A DNA stretch of 64,000 nt from Pseudomonadota bacterium (GTDB lineage: Bacteria; Pseudomonadota; Gammaproteobacteria; SURF-13): NCBI GenBank assembly GCA_040756035.1, contig JBFLZV010000005.1, positions 147 to 64,146 of the forward strand, read 5' to 3'. The notes under the pieces are model-generated. The model did no database searches. It worked only from the letters and a program-made list of their open reading frames with translations, and had not been told where the DNA came from. Position 1 is the first letter of the stretch; each line of letters starts with the position of its first letter. The translations under genes were made by a program, and so were the position numbers. Of this stretch, positions 45,772 through 55,725 are shown in pieces.

Positions 45772-47355
45772 TTACCATACGATCCAGTTACGGCCTATGA
45801 AGCGGTTTAGCAGCGCTCTCTCGGAAGGCAGGAAAGGTTTCCAGAGGTATCCGAAGAGTAAAAACAGCCCGACGGTGGCAAGTCCGGCCAGCAAGGAGCC
45901 TATAAGACCCGGAATTAATAACGTTATGGAGGCGCCCAGTATTCCGGATGCCAGGGCAAGCACCATGATGCGGACGATGCCTTGCCAGTGCGGATGATAA
46001 GGATGGTTTTTCGCGCGCAGCCGCTTTACGATGTATACGTTTTCAAACCATGCAATAAGCAATATGCCGGCTAACATTCCGGGCAGGCCGTACAGCAGCA
46101 TGGCGGCGATTTGCAGCATCCCCGCCAGCGAAGCCCACAGGTTGGCCACAAGCAGCAGCCAACTTTCCTCCACGGCGTTGAGTATGAGTTTCAAGACTAG
46201 CCCGTGACTGTAAAACATCAGGCTCACCATTAGTCCGGTAAGCAGCCACACGGTGTTCGTATATTTCCCCGCGGTAATGAAGTCGATAACGGGAGCGCCG
46301 CATAGGGCGAGCCAAACGGTGGCCGGCGCAAGCACAAAGAGGTTGATCTTTACTATGATAGAACCCATTTCGTTGAGGGTGGAAAACTCGCGCCGCTCGG
46401 CGTAGCGGGCCATGAACACGGGTTCGATAAGGCCCAGCATTAGAATGGCGGGCAGGTAGTTCCGCATCATTCCGGTAATGGCGAAAGCAAAACCCAGAGC
46501 CGCGGTTTGAATGCTCCCTAAATAGGCGGCGCTGATCAGTTTCATAGTGTTGGAGCTGACGATCAGGCCGATCAAATTTGGAAGATAATTGTGCCAGCCG
46601 AAGCGCCATAAGCGTGCCGGAGAAATATCAAATCTTTTTGCGGCGGTATCCGTGCTCTTAAATAAGCCGAGATGGGCGTGCAATATAACCAGCATATACA
46701 ATGCGGCCAAGCTGACCGCGATGGTTTGCACCCGCACCACTTGCATAAGCGACAGACCGCCCATCAAGGCGAGTATCAGCAGCAAGGCCGCCAATTTGGT
46801 GAGCCACTCCAGGGCCATGGCGCGCGTGGCGTTCCTTTGCAACAACAGGGCTTGCAAAGTACGGGATAGATGAACCGCTATGCACGCAAGGAAAATGTAC
46901 AGTGCGAAAGGCCATATCACGTTGCTGTGGTTGTCCAGTGACAGGAAACCGGAAATGGAATCCGAGAACAGCAGTATCGGAATAAGTGCGACCCCTATAA
47001 AAATCGCGCGCAGTCCAAGAAGTTTCCATGATAATCCGGCTAGCTGGGCTTCCGCTCTTTGCGTTCTAAGGGCGGGGAGAAATTTTGGGATAACGCGATC
47101 CAGGCCGCCGTCGCTGATGATTCCGAGCGTAACGAGCAGGCCGGTCAGGGCCGTGTAGGCTCCGTAGGTCTCCACCGGCAGAATACGAACCAGCAGAATG
47201 GCCACGGTGAACGACACAATGGCGGTCATGCCGCGTCCCAGAAGATAATGCCACATGCTGGCGCGAACCTTTCTGCCGCTGTAGTAGGATGTTTTTGACA
47301 TTGAAATTGCGTCGGCGGATTTTTCCATAACGAATAATGTGCTTCCTTTTGGCAT
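45772..47355 (-). CDS. wzx: Wzx-type polysaccharide flippase (MOP superfamily)
   Basis: 527 aa (start may be the internal MEKSADAISM at 47328), ~12-14 TM helices. Confidence 0.7.
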   Translation of the reverse strand: MPKGSTLFVMEKSADAISMSKTSYYSGRKVRASMWHYLLGRGMTAIVSFTVAILLVRILPVETYGAYTALTGLLVTLGIISDGGLDRVIPKFLPALRTQRAEAQLAGLSWKLLGLRAIFIGVALIPILLFSDSISGFLSLDNHSNVIWPFALYIFLACIAVHLSRTLQALLLQRNATRAMALEWLTKLAALLLILALMGGLSLMQVVRVQTIAVSLAALYMLVILHAHLGLFKSTDTAAKRFDISPARLWRFGWHNYLPNLIGLIVSSNTMKLISAAYLGSIQTAALGFAFAITGMMRNYLPAILMLGLIEPVFMARYAERREFSTLNEMGSIIVKINLFVLAPATVWLALCGAPVIDFITAGKYTNTVWLLTGLMVSLMFYSHGLVLKLILNAVEESWLLLVANLWASLAGMLQIAAMLLYGLPGMLAGILLIAWFENVYIVKRLRAKNHPYHPHWQGIVRIMVLALASGILGASITLLIPGLIGSLLAGLATVGLFLLFGYLWKPFLPSERALLNRFIGRNWIVW

Positions 47356-47423
47356 GGTCTTTGTTATGCGGCCGCGGAGTTGCCCAACAATGCTTGAACA
47401 ACCTCATGTGATTTCGCCGAATC

Positions 47424-48635
47424 CTATATTCTCGGATAAGCGTTAAACGCCCACTGAACGGCCTGATAAAATGTCGTGGCGGGCTCCAGGATTTCCTTGC
47501 CGGCCTGTTGGGCGCCTTGCCTCAAGCGCGTATAAAGCACGCGATCATGAACAAGCTCGTGAATTTTTTTTCTAAGATCGGGAACCGAGTCGGGGATGAA
47601 TAACAAGCCGTTAATGCGGTCTTTCACAAGATACGGAAACGGACCGAACGCGGGGGCTATAACCGGTATGCCCATGGCCAGGCCCTCCATGGCGGCCATG
47701 CAGCGGCCTTCCGGAAAGCAGCTTTTGGTGGGAGTGACCACAATATAACTGTTGCGGATAACGCCGGCCAGCTCGTCACGCCCCAGCGTTCCGCGGAGAA
47801 CGACTCGATTGCCCAAGCTCAGGATGGATATCCGGTCCTTCAGCCCGTTGAGATCGTATCCACCGCCAACGTAAACCAGCCTTATATCAGCGCATGACTC
47901 AAGCAGCTCACGGCAGGCTTCGAGCAGATCGAACACGCCCTTGGTATAATCTATTCTGCCGATGTAGGTAATGGACTTGTAATGATTATCACCGTGGGCC
48001 GGCGCGTTGTCGTTAGCCCCCGGCCGCTCCCATAGATCTTTGAGCCCGCAATCGAATTCCTTGATGCGATGCTCCGGAATGCCGATATCCAAAAGCTGCT
48101 GTCGCAGATAAGGCCCATGGCAGATGGCGGTATTCACCCTGCGCAATATGTATTTGTTGATTTTAGCGATCAGCCGTTTGCGCGGACCGTGGCCGCTGTA
48201 TTCCAGGCGATTATGCAGTGAAAAAACCAGCGGCACGGAAAACAGCTTCGAGTAGATGAACGCCGCCCACAAAGGGTAACCGAGGCTGCCGCACAAGGCT
48301 CTGGTCGGCTTAAAGCGGGCAAGATGCAAAAGTATCCCGCCGAATGACAGCGTGCGCGCTACGGCCGCACCCATCGCTCCCAGCGCGGGAATGCTCATGC
48401 GCATAACGTATGCTCGTATATTCCTATGCCTGTAGTAGTCGCTGTATTTTTGGCTGGAGATGAGCAGTAGGGGACAATCTCCGACATGGGATAAAAAATC
48501 GGCAATGAAAGCATTGGGGCCACCGCTCGGAATGGCCGCCGGGTTTTTTATGAGCGATTTAAGCTGGAGAATTACATCGCCGTTTTTGATATATGCGTAC
48601 CGATGTTTAATTTCCATGCGCCTATCCTTGGACAT
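47424..48635 (-). CDS. GT4-family glycosyltransferase
   Basis: 403 aa (start may be MEIKHRY at 48617, avoiding overlap). C-terminal E-x7-E motif EGRCMAAMEGLAMGIPVIA. Confidence 0.8.
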   Translation of the reverse strand: MSKDRRMEIKHRYAYIKNGDVILQLKSLIKNPAAIPSGGPNAFIADFLSHVGDCPLLLISSQKYSDYYRHRNIRAYVMRMSIPALGAMGAAVARTLSFGGILLHLARFKPTRALCGSLGYPLWAAFIYSKLFSVPLVFSLHNRLEYSGHGPRKRLIAKINKYILRRVNTAICHGPYLRQQLLDIGIPEHRIKEFDCGLKDLWERPGANDNAPAHGDNHYKSITYIGRIDYTKGVFDLLEACRELLESCADIRLVYVGGGYDLNGLKDRISILSLGNRVVLRGTLGRDELAGVIRNSYIVVTPTKSCFPEGRCMAAMEGLAMGIPVIAPAFGPFPYLVKDRINGLLFIPDSVPDLRKKIHELVHDRVLYTRLRQGAQQAGKEILEPATTFYQAVQWAFNAYPRI

Positions 48636-49542
48636 TCTTTTGCACGGCTTGGAGATGGCTTGGACTTGTCAAGTAGCCGTAACGAATAAGCATATCTTTA
48701 AGGCTGGATTCGATCTCCGCCAGTTGCGTAGGCGCTAAATCCCGCTCATAAGCGTTTTTCCTGTCGCTGACCAGTGCTAATTTTTCAAAATGCTTGTTGA
48801 AGCGGCTGCTCCAAGGCAGGCCGCAGAACTGCATGGCGGCTCTTAGCGTGCTGTGTGGATTTTCTAAAAAGTCCTCGTAGCGCATCAAGAAATACTTATC
48901 TTTTCCCAACGGCCGGCCGGAGCGCTCGTACGAGTCTATGAGCAGTTTCCAATTAATGGCGGCCAGGCGCGGAAAAGACTGGGCGCCGGCATTCCATTCG
49001 TCCAGGTAATGTTGAGGGAGCGCACCCCACAGCCAATTTTCCGGGCCGCGATAGCCGTCCCACCATGGCATCTGTAGCCAGGAATTCGCCACGGCGCGAC
49101 CATCCCGAATGACGTGAATGAATTTCGCCTCGGGAAATATTTTCGAAAAAAAGCCTAGGCGCGGCCAGCCGGTATATTTATGTATGAAAAATTCCTTACC
49201 CTGACTGACATAGCGCTCGTTGAAGAAGTTTTGAAACTTGCCTTGCAGCCACGGCGTCACGTCATCGGCTTCCAAGTCGCGGCAGGGGCTTGCATAGATC
49301 GTGGATACGTTTCGTGAAATCAGTCTGTAGGCTTCCGAAGGCGCAAAGCGTATGCGTCCCTTGGCCGTCCAGCGAGACGGTAAATTTCTAAATAGAGGGT
49401 TATTCCATTTTCCCGATAAGTTCAGGAGCGGCAGATTATCTTCGACGTTCGATATAAATCCGACGTCTTCGTGCCTGGCCAGCACCTCGTGGATCAGCGA
49501 GGAGCCGCAGCGGCCCGTCCCCACGATAAACACCAGATTCAT
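48622..49542 (-). CDS. sulfotransferase-family protein (PAPS-dependent)
   Basis: Trimmed to MNLVFIVGTGRCGSS start (ATGA overlap with the upstream GT2 stop). 5'-PSB-like P-loop GTGRCGSS, 3'-PB-like RDGRAVANS. Confidence 0.7.
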   Translation of the reverse strand: MNLVFIVGTGRCGSSLIHEVLARHEDVGFISNVEDNLPLLNLSGKWNNPLFRNLPSRWTAKGRIRFAPSEAYRLISRNVSTIYASPCRDLEADDVTPWLQGKFQNFFNERYVSQGKEFFIHKYTGWPRLGFFSKIFPEAKFIHVIRDGRAVANSWLQMPWWDGYRGPENWLWGALPQHYLDEWNAGAQSFPRLAAINWKLLIDSYERSGRPLGKDKYFLMRYEDFLENPHSTLRAAMQFCGLPWSSRFNKHFEKLALVSDRKNAYERDLAPTQLAEIESSLKDMLIRYGYLTSPSHLQAVQKNVQG

Positions 49543-50603
49543 GCGTCGGACTCCGCTCGTGTACCGGGACTGCGTATGGCCGCGGGAGAGAGTAAAATTT
49601 TGTGGCTGATAGCTTCTTCCGGGCCGCGTTGTTTGCGTATGAATCCGAGCAGGGTGGCCAGGCCGAATACATGCCATGCGGCAATGGCGTATATGCCGCA
49701 TTTAATGCCCTTCTTCAAGACCGCGAATAATGCGGCGAGCAGAGCGGCCGCGAGCAGAAGGTAAGTAACCGGCGCAGGCAGAAAAGCAACGGATAGCCCC
49801 AACGACAACCAGAAAAATACAACCGCCAGGAAGACCTTGAATTCCCGGGCTGCCCTGTAGAAGTAGGGCTTGCCTAGGGCCGAGCGCAGCAGCTCGCCCG
49901 GGCCCCGCGCGTAGCGTGTGCGGAAGCGCCGTATAAGCAGTTTGTATTCCGGCAGGGTATGGCCATAGTGCAGCACGGACACGCTGGGGATGCGTACTAA
50001 AAGCCAATTTTTGGCGCGTAGCCGCAGCGCAAGCTCCAGTTCTTCAAACGAGTGTAAGTTTCTATTGGAAAAGTAACCGACCGACACCAGCGCATCGCGC
50101 CGGTAAAGTCCGCCCATATTCAGGCGATCCACAATCCCAGGCCTCATATGTGATGGGGGATTGTATTTTCTGGCCAAGAATATCAGGTTGGCGGCGTTTA
50201 CTTCCTCCACCATGCCGCCGACGCCGGCGACGTTGGCGTGGTTTTCCAGGTAGTGCAGGGCCTTGCGTATAAAGTCCGCGCGTAATTCCATATCGCCGTC
50301 CATGAGATAGATGTATTCGCCGCGGCAAATTTGAAAGCCGAGTTGCGGAGCGATGCCGCAACTGCGCTCCCCGGCGTCGAACAGCTGCACGACGGTAACG
50401 GGAAAGCCTAACGCGATCTGCGCCGTCTTGTCGGTGGACAGGCAATCCACGACAATGACTTCGGCATCCCATCCCGCTACGGCGGACAACGCGGAGCCGA
50501 CGGCGTTCGCGATGTTATTTTCCTCGTTGAACGCCTTGATAATGATGCTGACAAGGCAGTCGTGGGCGCCGCGCCGAGTGTTGGGATTTATTAAAAGCTT
50601 CAT
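49539..50603 (-). CDS. GT2-family glycosyltransferase with C-terminal TM helices
   Basis: 354 aa. VSIIIKAFNEENNI N-terminal GT-A motif, DGD (LMDGDMEL) DxD motif, C-terminal hydrophobic segment. Confidence 0.75.
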   Translation of the reverse strand: MKLLINPNTRRGAHDCLVSIIIKAFNEENNIANAVGSALSAVAGWDAEVIVVDCLSTDKTAQIALGFPVTVVQLFDAGERSCGIAPQLGFQICRGEYIYLMDGDMELRADFIRKALHYLENHANVAGVGGMVEEVNAANLIFLARKYNPPSHMRPGIVDRLNMGGLYRRDALVSVGYFSNRNLHSFEELELALRLRAKNWLLVRIPSVSVLHYGHTLPEYKLLIRRFRTRYARGPGELLRSALGKPYFYRAAREFKVFLAVVFFWLSLGLSVAFLPAPVTYLLLAAALLAALFAVLKKGIKCGIYAIAAWHVFGLATLLGFIRKQRGPEEAISHKILLSPAAIRSPGTRAESDA

Positions 50604-50627
50604 GGCATCCTTGCGCAGATGTGGTGT

Positions 50628-52199
50628 TTAATTTCGATACAAAGCGTTTTTCTTATGGGCTTGTTTCTCCAGCCAGGCCAGCAATCCGAACGCCGTCATG
50701 AATATGAACATCGCCGGTGGCGCGTACGGTATGTCAGGGCGGTAGAATAGCGAAACGACAAACAGCGGTATAATTGCATGCAGTCCTCGAGCGAGGGATT
50801 TCTGCCACGGATTTAGATTATCGGAACGTGACAGCCTGCGCGCGGATCGATATCCACATATAATCAGCAGCAAGAAGGCGCAAAGGCCGAGGATTCCGGT
50901 TTCCCATAGAATAACGGCAGCGCCGCTGCCGTCTATGCGCAGCGGAACATAGCGCGCCGCAACGTTTCCGATTCCCAGCCCCTGCGTGCGCGAGGCGCCG
51001 AGTCCATGCCCGATTAACAGGCGGGCGTCTTTGTTGGTCTTGTGTTGTCCCCACCAGAATTCCAGAACTTCGCGGCGCGTCATAAGCCCCAGCTCGCGGT
51101 GCTCGACGCCGGCGCGTTTGTTGAAGCTGTAGCTCGACAGGTGTTTTATGTTGTCTTCGAGACTGCGCCCGGTGGCGGACCAGTGGAACGCCTGATAGGC
51201 GAGCAATACCACGCTCAGGGACAACACTACCAACAGGCTGCCCACGATGAATGAACCGGGCCGCTGATACAGATTGTCTTTGTACAAGATCAATAGGGCC
51301 AGCGGCAGGTAAATAAAAATAACTTTAACCTCCATGAGCAATAACGGGCTTCCGAGCAAGAATATCGCCAAACCGAGTTTACGCTTTGCGATTACGCCGT
51401 GCTTATAAAGGCTCAGCATCACAATAATCAGGATGACTAAATACAGCGCCAAGACGGCGGTAAGTCCGCCGGCCTCCATGCTGCCGCCGAACGTTCCGAC
51501 TACGCTGTCGGATGCCTCGACTGTGCCGAGTCCCATTTCCAGACGCGACGATCTTACGAACAGGTATTGATACAGCACCGGAATAAACTGCGCCAGTCCT
51601 ATAAGCGCAAAACCCAGCAGCCAACGCCTTACGGTGTCTTTATCGAGCGGCACAAGGGCGAGGGCGGCCCACACGCCGCCGAAAAGCAGGATGCTCTTCA
51701 TCGAGAGAATGATCTGCCACGTTGGAGGCCGGTTGATCAAGGTGGATAGCAGGGCGATTGCCAGCAACAGCCACGCGCTGGTTGCCGTTGAGGAAAGGCC
51801 CGTTCTGGCCGGGGCTTGGGAAAGGCGCGAGGTCACGGCCGGTACGAACAGCATGGCCGCCAAGCCGTAGGTAATCCACCATGCCTGGTGCAGGGTGGGT
51901 ATGAAATATTGCACCGTACCGGCCAGCACTAGGGTGCCGATCAGCGTCAGCCAGAGCAGCGTGACCGGCTGCGTGGATAGGAGTAATCCGGTTAGCGCGC
52001 CGGCGAATAATATTGTGTAGAGCGGTTGCCCGCTCGCGGCGAGGAGACCCATCATGGCGGCGCTGAATAGCGCCAACATATAAGGTCCGACATTCCACAA
52101 AATATCAGTGCGATTATTCACAGGGCGGCCTGATTCGGTAGACCATGCTTTGAGTTGATTACGAATTTGTATTTGACGGCCCGTTCCCAAATCGGCCAC
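50628..52199 (-). CDS. Wzy/O-antigen-ligase-family membrane protein (exosortase-system-associated)
   Basis: 523 aa, >10 TM helices with a large periplasmic loop. N-terminus overlaps the sulfotransferase gene by 82 nt, so the true start may be an internal Met (e.g. MLALFSAAMMG, ~52079). Confidence 0.6.
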   Translation of the reverse strand: MADLGTGRQIQIRNQLKAWSTESGRPVNNRTDILWNVGPYMLALFSAAMMGLLAASGQPLYTILFAGALTGLLLSTQPVTLLWLTLIGTLVLAGTVQYFIPTLHQAWWITYGLAAMLFVPAVTSRLSQAPARTGLSSTATSAWLLLAIALLSTLINRPPTWQIILSMKSILLFGGVWAALALVPLDKDTVRRWLLGFALIGLAQFIPVLYQYLFVRSSRLEMGLGTVEASDSVVGTFGGSMEAGGLTAVLALYLVILIIVMLSLYKHGVIAKRKLGLAIFLLGSPLLLMEVKVIFIYLPLALLILYKDNLYQRPGSFIVGSLLVVLSLSVVLLAYQAFHWSATGRSLEDNIKHLSSYSFNKRAGVEHRELGLMTRREVLEFWWGQHKTNKDARLLIGHGLGASRTQGLGIGNVAARYVPLRIDGSGAAVILWETGILGLCAFLLLIICGYRSARRLSRSDNLNPWQKSLARGLHAIIPLFVVSLFYRPDIPYAPPAMFIFMTAFGLLAWLEKQAHKKNALYRN

Positions 52200-53026
52200 G
52201 GCAGGGTGTCTCTGCCCAGCAAGTCCGCCAGATCCAAGACTTCACCGGTCAGCTCGCGTTCAAGATAACGCCTGGTTTCCGGTAGCATAGGCGGCGCAAG
52301 GCTGCGCAGCGAAACAGTGTTGGCGCGAAGTATGCCGGCAATCAATCGACTATGCTTCAGGCGCGCGACCGCTCCATGAAAGCCGGCATTGCGTCCCCAT
52401 CGAGCGGTTTCTTTAAATAACATGTTCAGGGATTGTAGGCGCGGCTTGCGGCTTTCATTGGCGCGCTTCTCGGCGAAGCTGGACGTGTGGCGGGCGTCTA
52501 TTTCGAGGAACTGATAAAGCCGCCGCGCCTGTTCATCGGCGGCAAGTTCGATTTCTTCCTGAAACATTACTAGAATCTGATCGCGCCGGAAACGCGCCAG
52601 CCAGCGCTTGAGGTGTGTGGCGTAGCGTGATTGTTCAAGGTACATGGGATTATTGGCGAGGCCGGCCTCGAAGCTCAGGTTGTCCCCTCGGTGGTGGCCC
52701 GCGCGAATCTCGTGGAGATGATTGGAATAAGCCCTCTCCAGGGGATCGCGCAACGCTACGATGATTTTAAAATGCGGGTTGTACTGCCATGCACGCAGCG
52801 GCGCTTCGCTGTCGTAAAAGTACGAAGGTGAGATTTCTCCGGCCGCGATGCAGCCGCCAAGGTCGAAGTGCCGCTCATACCATTGAAAGCCGCGATCGTA
52901 GTAGTGGGAGAAAAAATCGAGTTCCTTGGGCGTGCTGACGCAAACCTGCGGGTGATCCTGCAGGATGCGGTGTATCCACGTGGAGGCGCACTTCTGCGCC
53001 CCGATGCCGAGGTACGTGGGCTTCAT
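52118..53026 (-). CDS. sulfotransferase (PAPS-dependent)
   Basis: 302 aa. 5'-PSB motif GIGAQKCASTW (K-x-x-T-W type), 3'-PB motif VALRDPLERAYS. Confidence 0.75.
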   Translation of the reverse strand: MKPTYLGIGAQKCASTWIHRILQDHPQVCVSTPKELDFFSHYYDRGFQWYERHFDLGGCIAAGEISPSYFYDSEAPLRAWQYNPHFKIIVALRDPLERAYSNHLHEIRAGHHRGDNLSFEAGLANNPMYLEQSRYATHLKRWLARFRRDQILVMFQEEIELAADEQARRLYQFLEIDARHTSSFAEKRANESRKPRLQSLNMLFKETARWGRNAGFHGAVARLKHSRLIAGILRANTVSLRSLAPPMLPETRRYLERELTGEVLDLADLLGRDTLPWPIWERAVKYKFVINSKHGLPNQAAL

Positions 53027-53709
53027 GCCTTGTGGACTCCCAGCAGTCGCGCAAGGGCCGGCTCACTCAGCGCGGACAGCAGCGCGTCGAGAAACTCCTG
53101 TTGCAGCCGGTAGGCCGCGTCGGCGTCGTTGCCGATGCTGGATACGCGCATCAGCAGGCCGTCCGGAATGCGTCCGCTCAAGCTGTAACGCATTTGCGCG
53201 AGTTTCTGTTGCAGGCCGCTGATCACCACTCGGTCGCCGGTGGTGATCCAGTACGTGATCGGTTCGACGCGCTCGCCGCGCACGGCGATCAACCGGCGCG
53301 CCGGAACTTGGCGCTGCGCGACGCGCAGTACCGTGTCATGGCGCCGGCTGATTTGAAAACCTTGCACGGCGTAACAGGTCTCCGGGCGGTGTACACGCAG
53401 CGTGTCGCTTTGGTCGCCGCCGTATGCGATGGACAGCATTACGCGCATGCCGCGGCCGTCGACATAGATGCGCGCCAGCGTCTGCTGATAATATTTTGCG
53501 ATCGTGGCCTGCGCGGCCGGGTTCACCATGAGCGGCCGGATGCTTTGGTCCTCGCGCCACGCGCCGAATTGCCTGGGGATTAAACTTTCCAAATCCCCGG
53601 GTGATCTTTGCGCCGCCAGCTTTTGCGTGGGCGTCAGCAGCAAGGCCAAGCCGGCCGCCGTAAACAGCGCCATGCTCACCCACCAGGATTTTACGCCGCA
53701 CGCATTCAC
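53023..53709 (-). CDS. epsI: EpsI-family exosortase-associated protein
   Basis: 228 aa. N-terminal signal/TM. Overlaps the exosortase stop by 4 nt, the usual exosortase-EpsI pairing. Confidence 0.7.
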   Translation of the reverse strand: MNACGVKSWWVSMALFTAAGLALLLTPTQKLAAQRSPGDLESLIPRQFGAWREDQSIRPLMVNPAAQATIAKYYQQTLARIYVDGRGMRVMLSIAYGGDQSDTLRVHRPETCYAVQGFQISRRHDTVLRVAQRQVPARRLIAVRGERVEPITYWITTGDRVVISGLQQKLAQMRYSLSGRIPDGLLMRVSSIGNDADAAYRLQQEFLDALLSALSEPALARLLGVHKA

Positions 53710-54581
53710 GCCGTGCGCCCCCTATTTACCGCGGAAAGCATCTGATCCATTAAAAAGAGGCAGGACAGAGTGATGCTAAATTCTACGAGACCCGCGAGGT
53801 CGTGTAGAAAACCCTGTCCCGCCTCATCGCCCAAATGGTAAGTGACGAGCACCAGCGCTATCACGCGCAAGGTGTTGGCCAGCAGCGCGATAGGCAGGAT
53901 ACCGATGAGTAAGGCGGCGTTGTGCCAAGTGCTCATCCGCCCGCGTAAATGGATGAACAGCGCGCCCAAGGCGCTCAGCGCAAACAACGAATAAATGCCG
54001 GAACAGGCATCGTCGACCAACAGCTGATAAGGGCCGATGCTCAGCGTTACGCCGCTGCGCGCCACGGGATAGCCGAACCAGTAAAGCAATTGTTCGGCCC
54101 ACAGAGAGATATAATGCTTAAGCGGGCCGGTGAAATAATCGATGATGAACGAGGGCAGGGGCACGAGGAACACTAAAAACATTACCGGAAACAAAAGTTC
54201 ACGCAGCGTCTTTGCGCCCTTGAGGAGCAGGATAACGCCGCTGAATACCGCGAGCTGCGATCCCACCTCCAGGAGCAGAATATCCTGGGAGCGCCCCAGC
54301 ACGTACATTAGCAATCCCGGCCCGAGCAACAGTGCGCCGAGCGTCGTGCGCTGCGCATCGTCCGCCAGGAGCAGCGCGCGGCGTTTTTTCCACAGCAGAC
54401 CCAGCGCCACGACGAGTATGATGAAGCCGTGCGCGTATTCCGGTTTTTGCCACGCCCCGGTGGCTAGCTTGAAATAAGTGGGCGCGTAAAGCGCCGCCAA
54501 GCCGAGCGCCACCGGCCACGCGGCGCCCGCGCCGATAAGGCGATGCGGCAAGGTCGGCGTAATGTTGATGGCGGCCGTCAT
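53706..54581 (-). CDS. xrtA: exosortase (XrtA-type)
   Basis: 291 aa, 8 TM helices. Catalytic Cys motif DDACSGIYSL and conserved Arg motif LANTLRVIAL. Confidence 0.8.
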   Translation of the reverse strand: MTAAINITPTLPHRLIGAGAAWPVALGLAALYAPTYFKLATGAWQKPEYAHGFIILVVALGLLWKKRRALLLADDAQRTTLGALLLGPGLLMYVLGRSQDILLLEVGSQLAVFSGVILLLKGAKTLRELLFPVMFLVFLVPLPSFIIDYFTGPLKHYISLWAEQLLYWFGYPVARSGVTLSIGPYQLLVDDACSGIYSLFALSALGALFIHLRGRMSTWHNAALLIGILPIALLANTLRVIALVLVTYHLGDEAGQGFLHDLAGLVEFSITLSCLFLMDQMLSAVNRGRTA

Positions 54582-54652
54582 GGAAGGTCAGCGATCCTTG
54601 TGTATGCGTAAACTGTAATGCGGCGCATGAGTCGCTGCGCGCAGCTCCTGGA

Positions 54653-55549
54653 TTAAAATTGGTTGAACACCGCACCGGCCACTTCCACGTTGGCCGCTCT
54701 TATTCTCTTGAGAAAATTTTTCGCTCGGGCAAGGTGCGTCGTATTCTTGCGCACCACCACCAGCGCCGTGGCGTACGCGGCGGCGGCCTGCGCCATGATA
54801 GCCTGGGCGTCGGCGTTATACTCGCCCGCCGGCGTGTCGATCAGGATGGCGTCGTAGTGATTGGATAATTCGTGCATCAACTGGCCAAAGGCGGCGCGGC
54901 TCAGCAGTTCCAACGGATTCGGCGGGATAGGACCGGCGGTCAACACGGAAAGATTCATAAAAAACGGCACGTTCTGTATGGTCTCGGCGCCCATGCGGCC
55001 GCTCAGCACGGTGGACAAGCCGATACCGTTGTTCAAGTTGAAAATGTTGTGCTGCCGCGGATTGCGTAAGTCGGCGTCGATGAGCAGGGTGTTGCCGCCG
55101 AGCTGCGCAAAGGCCACGGCGAGATTGGCGGCGACGTAGCTGCGGCCCTCGCCGCGCTCCGGGCTGATCACCACCCGCGTCTTGTATTCCACGCTGAACT
55201 TGCGCAGCAGCAACTGATTGCGCAGGCTGCGCAGCGCCTCGGATTGCGGGCTGAACGGTTCGTAGGCGGCGACCAGTTCTTTACTGAAGTCGCCGTCCTG
55301 TTTCTCCAGATAGGGATACTCGAACTGGCGGGCCAAGGCGAACTGAATGTCTTGCTTGGACAGCAGGCGCAGCTTGAGCGCCGCCTCGCCGAAGCGTACG
55401 CCGCGCTCTTTTTGGAAGCGCGCGATACGCTCGGCGTTTTCCTGCTTGAGCCTGCCGGCATCCATGAGAATTTTGCCGATGCTGCGGTCGTGAGTGCTGA
55501 CCACCATGCGCGGCGCATTGGAGCGGCTGTTCAATAAGGGCTGGTTCAT
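54653..55549 (-). CDS. BY-kinase-like P-loop ATPase (PEP-CTERM-locus tyrosine autokinase family)
   Basis: 298 aa. Walker A SPERGEGRSYVAANLAVAFAQ, Walker A' LLIDADLR, Walker B AILIDTPAG. Confidence 0.7.
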   Translation of the reverse strand: MNQPLLNSRSNAPRMVVSTHDRSIGKILMDAGRLKQENAERIARFQKERGVRFGEAALKLRLLSKQDIQFALARQFEYPYLEKQDGDFSKELVAAYEPFSPQSEALRSLRNQLLLRKFSVEYKTRVVISPERGEGRSYVAANLAVAFAQLGGNTLLIDADLRNPRQHNIFNLNNGIGLSTVLSGRMGAETIQNVPFFMNLSVLTAGPIPPNPLELLSRAAFGQLMHELSNHYDAILIDTPAGEYNADAQAIMAQAAAAYATALVVVRKNTTHLARAKNFLKRIRAANVEVAGAVFNQF

Positions 55550-55574
55550 AAAATTAAGTCTCCGTGATTTCTAT

Positions 55575-55725
55575 GGAAACTCTGAAAATTCCATCCATGG
55601 AATTTTCAGAGACGAAAAACGAAAATGTGTTTTCGTTTCTCTTCATTTTTCAATCGCCCGAAGCGATTGAAAAATAGCGATGCATCCCTGCGCTGCAAAA
55701 TCTCTGAATAAATTCAGAGATTTCC
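55575..55725. repeat. Modular palindromic intergenic element, family 1, copy D (P5-P4-P3-P2-P1, inverted relative to copy C)
   Basis: CTCTGAAAATTCCATCCATGGAATTTTCAGAG perfect palindrome, GAAAAACGAAAATGTGTTTTCGTTTCTC, TTTTCAATCGCCCGAAGCGATTGAAAA, GCATCCCTGCGCTGCAA, AATCTCTGAATAAATTCAGAGATTTCC. Abuts the wzz stop. Confidence 0.65.

Noticed and set aside
45653-45997. 114-aa ORF (and the N-terminal part of 12137-12643 on the minus strand) sharing ...PGLVSRGLRPRQGIRALLNPAI...
   Set aside because: Both are translations of copies of the family-2 repeat element. The similarity is DNA-level, not a protein family.
52118-52199. 82-nt overlap between the Wzy-like and sulfotransferase genes
   Set aside because: Probably a mis-set Wzy start (an internal Met at ~52079 removes the overlap). 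Not interpreted as programmed overlap.
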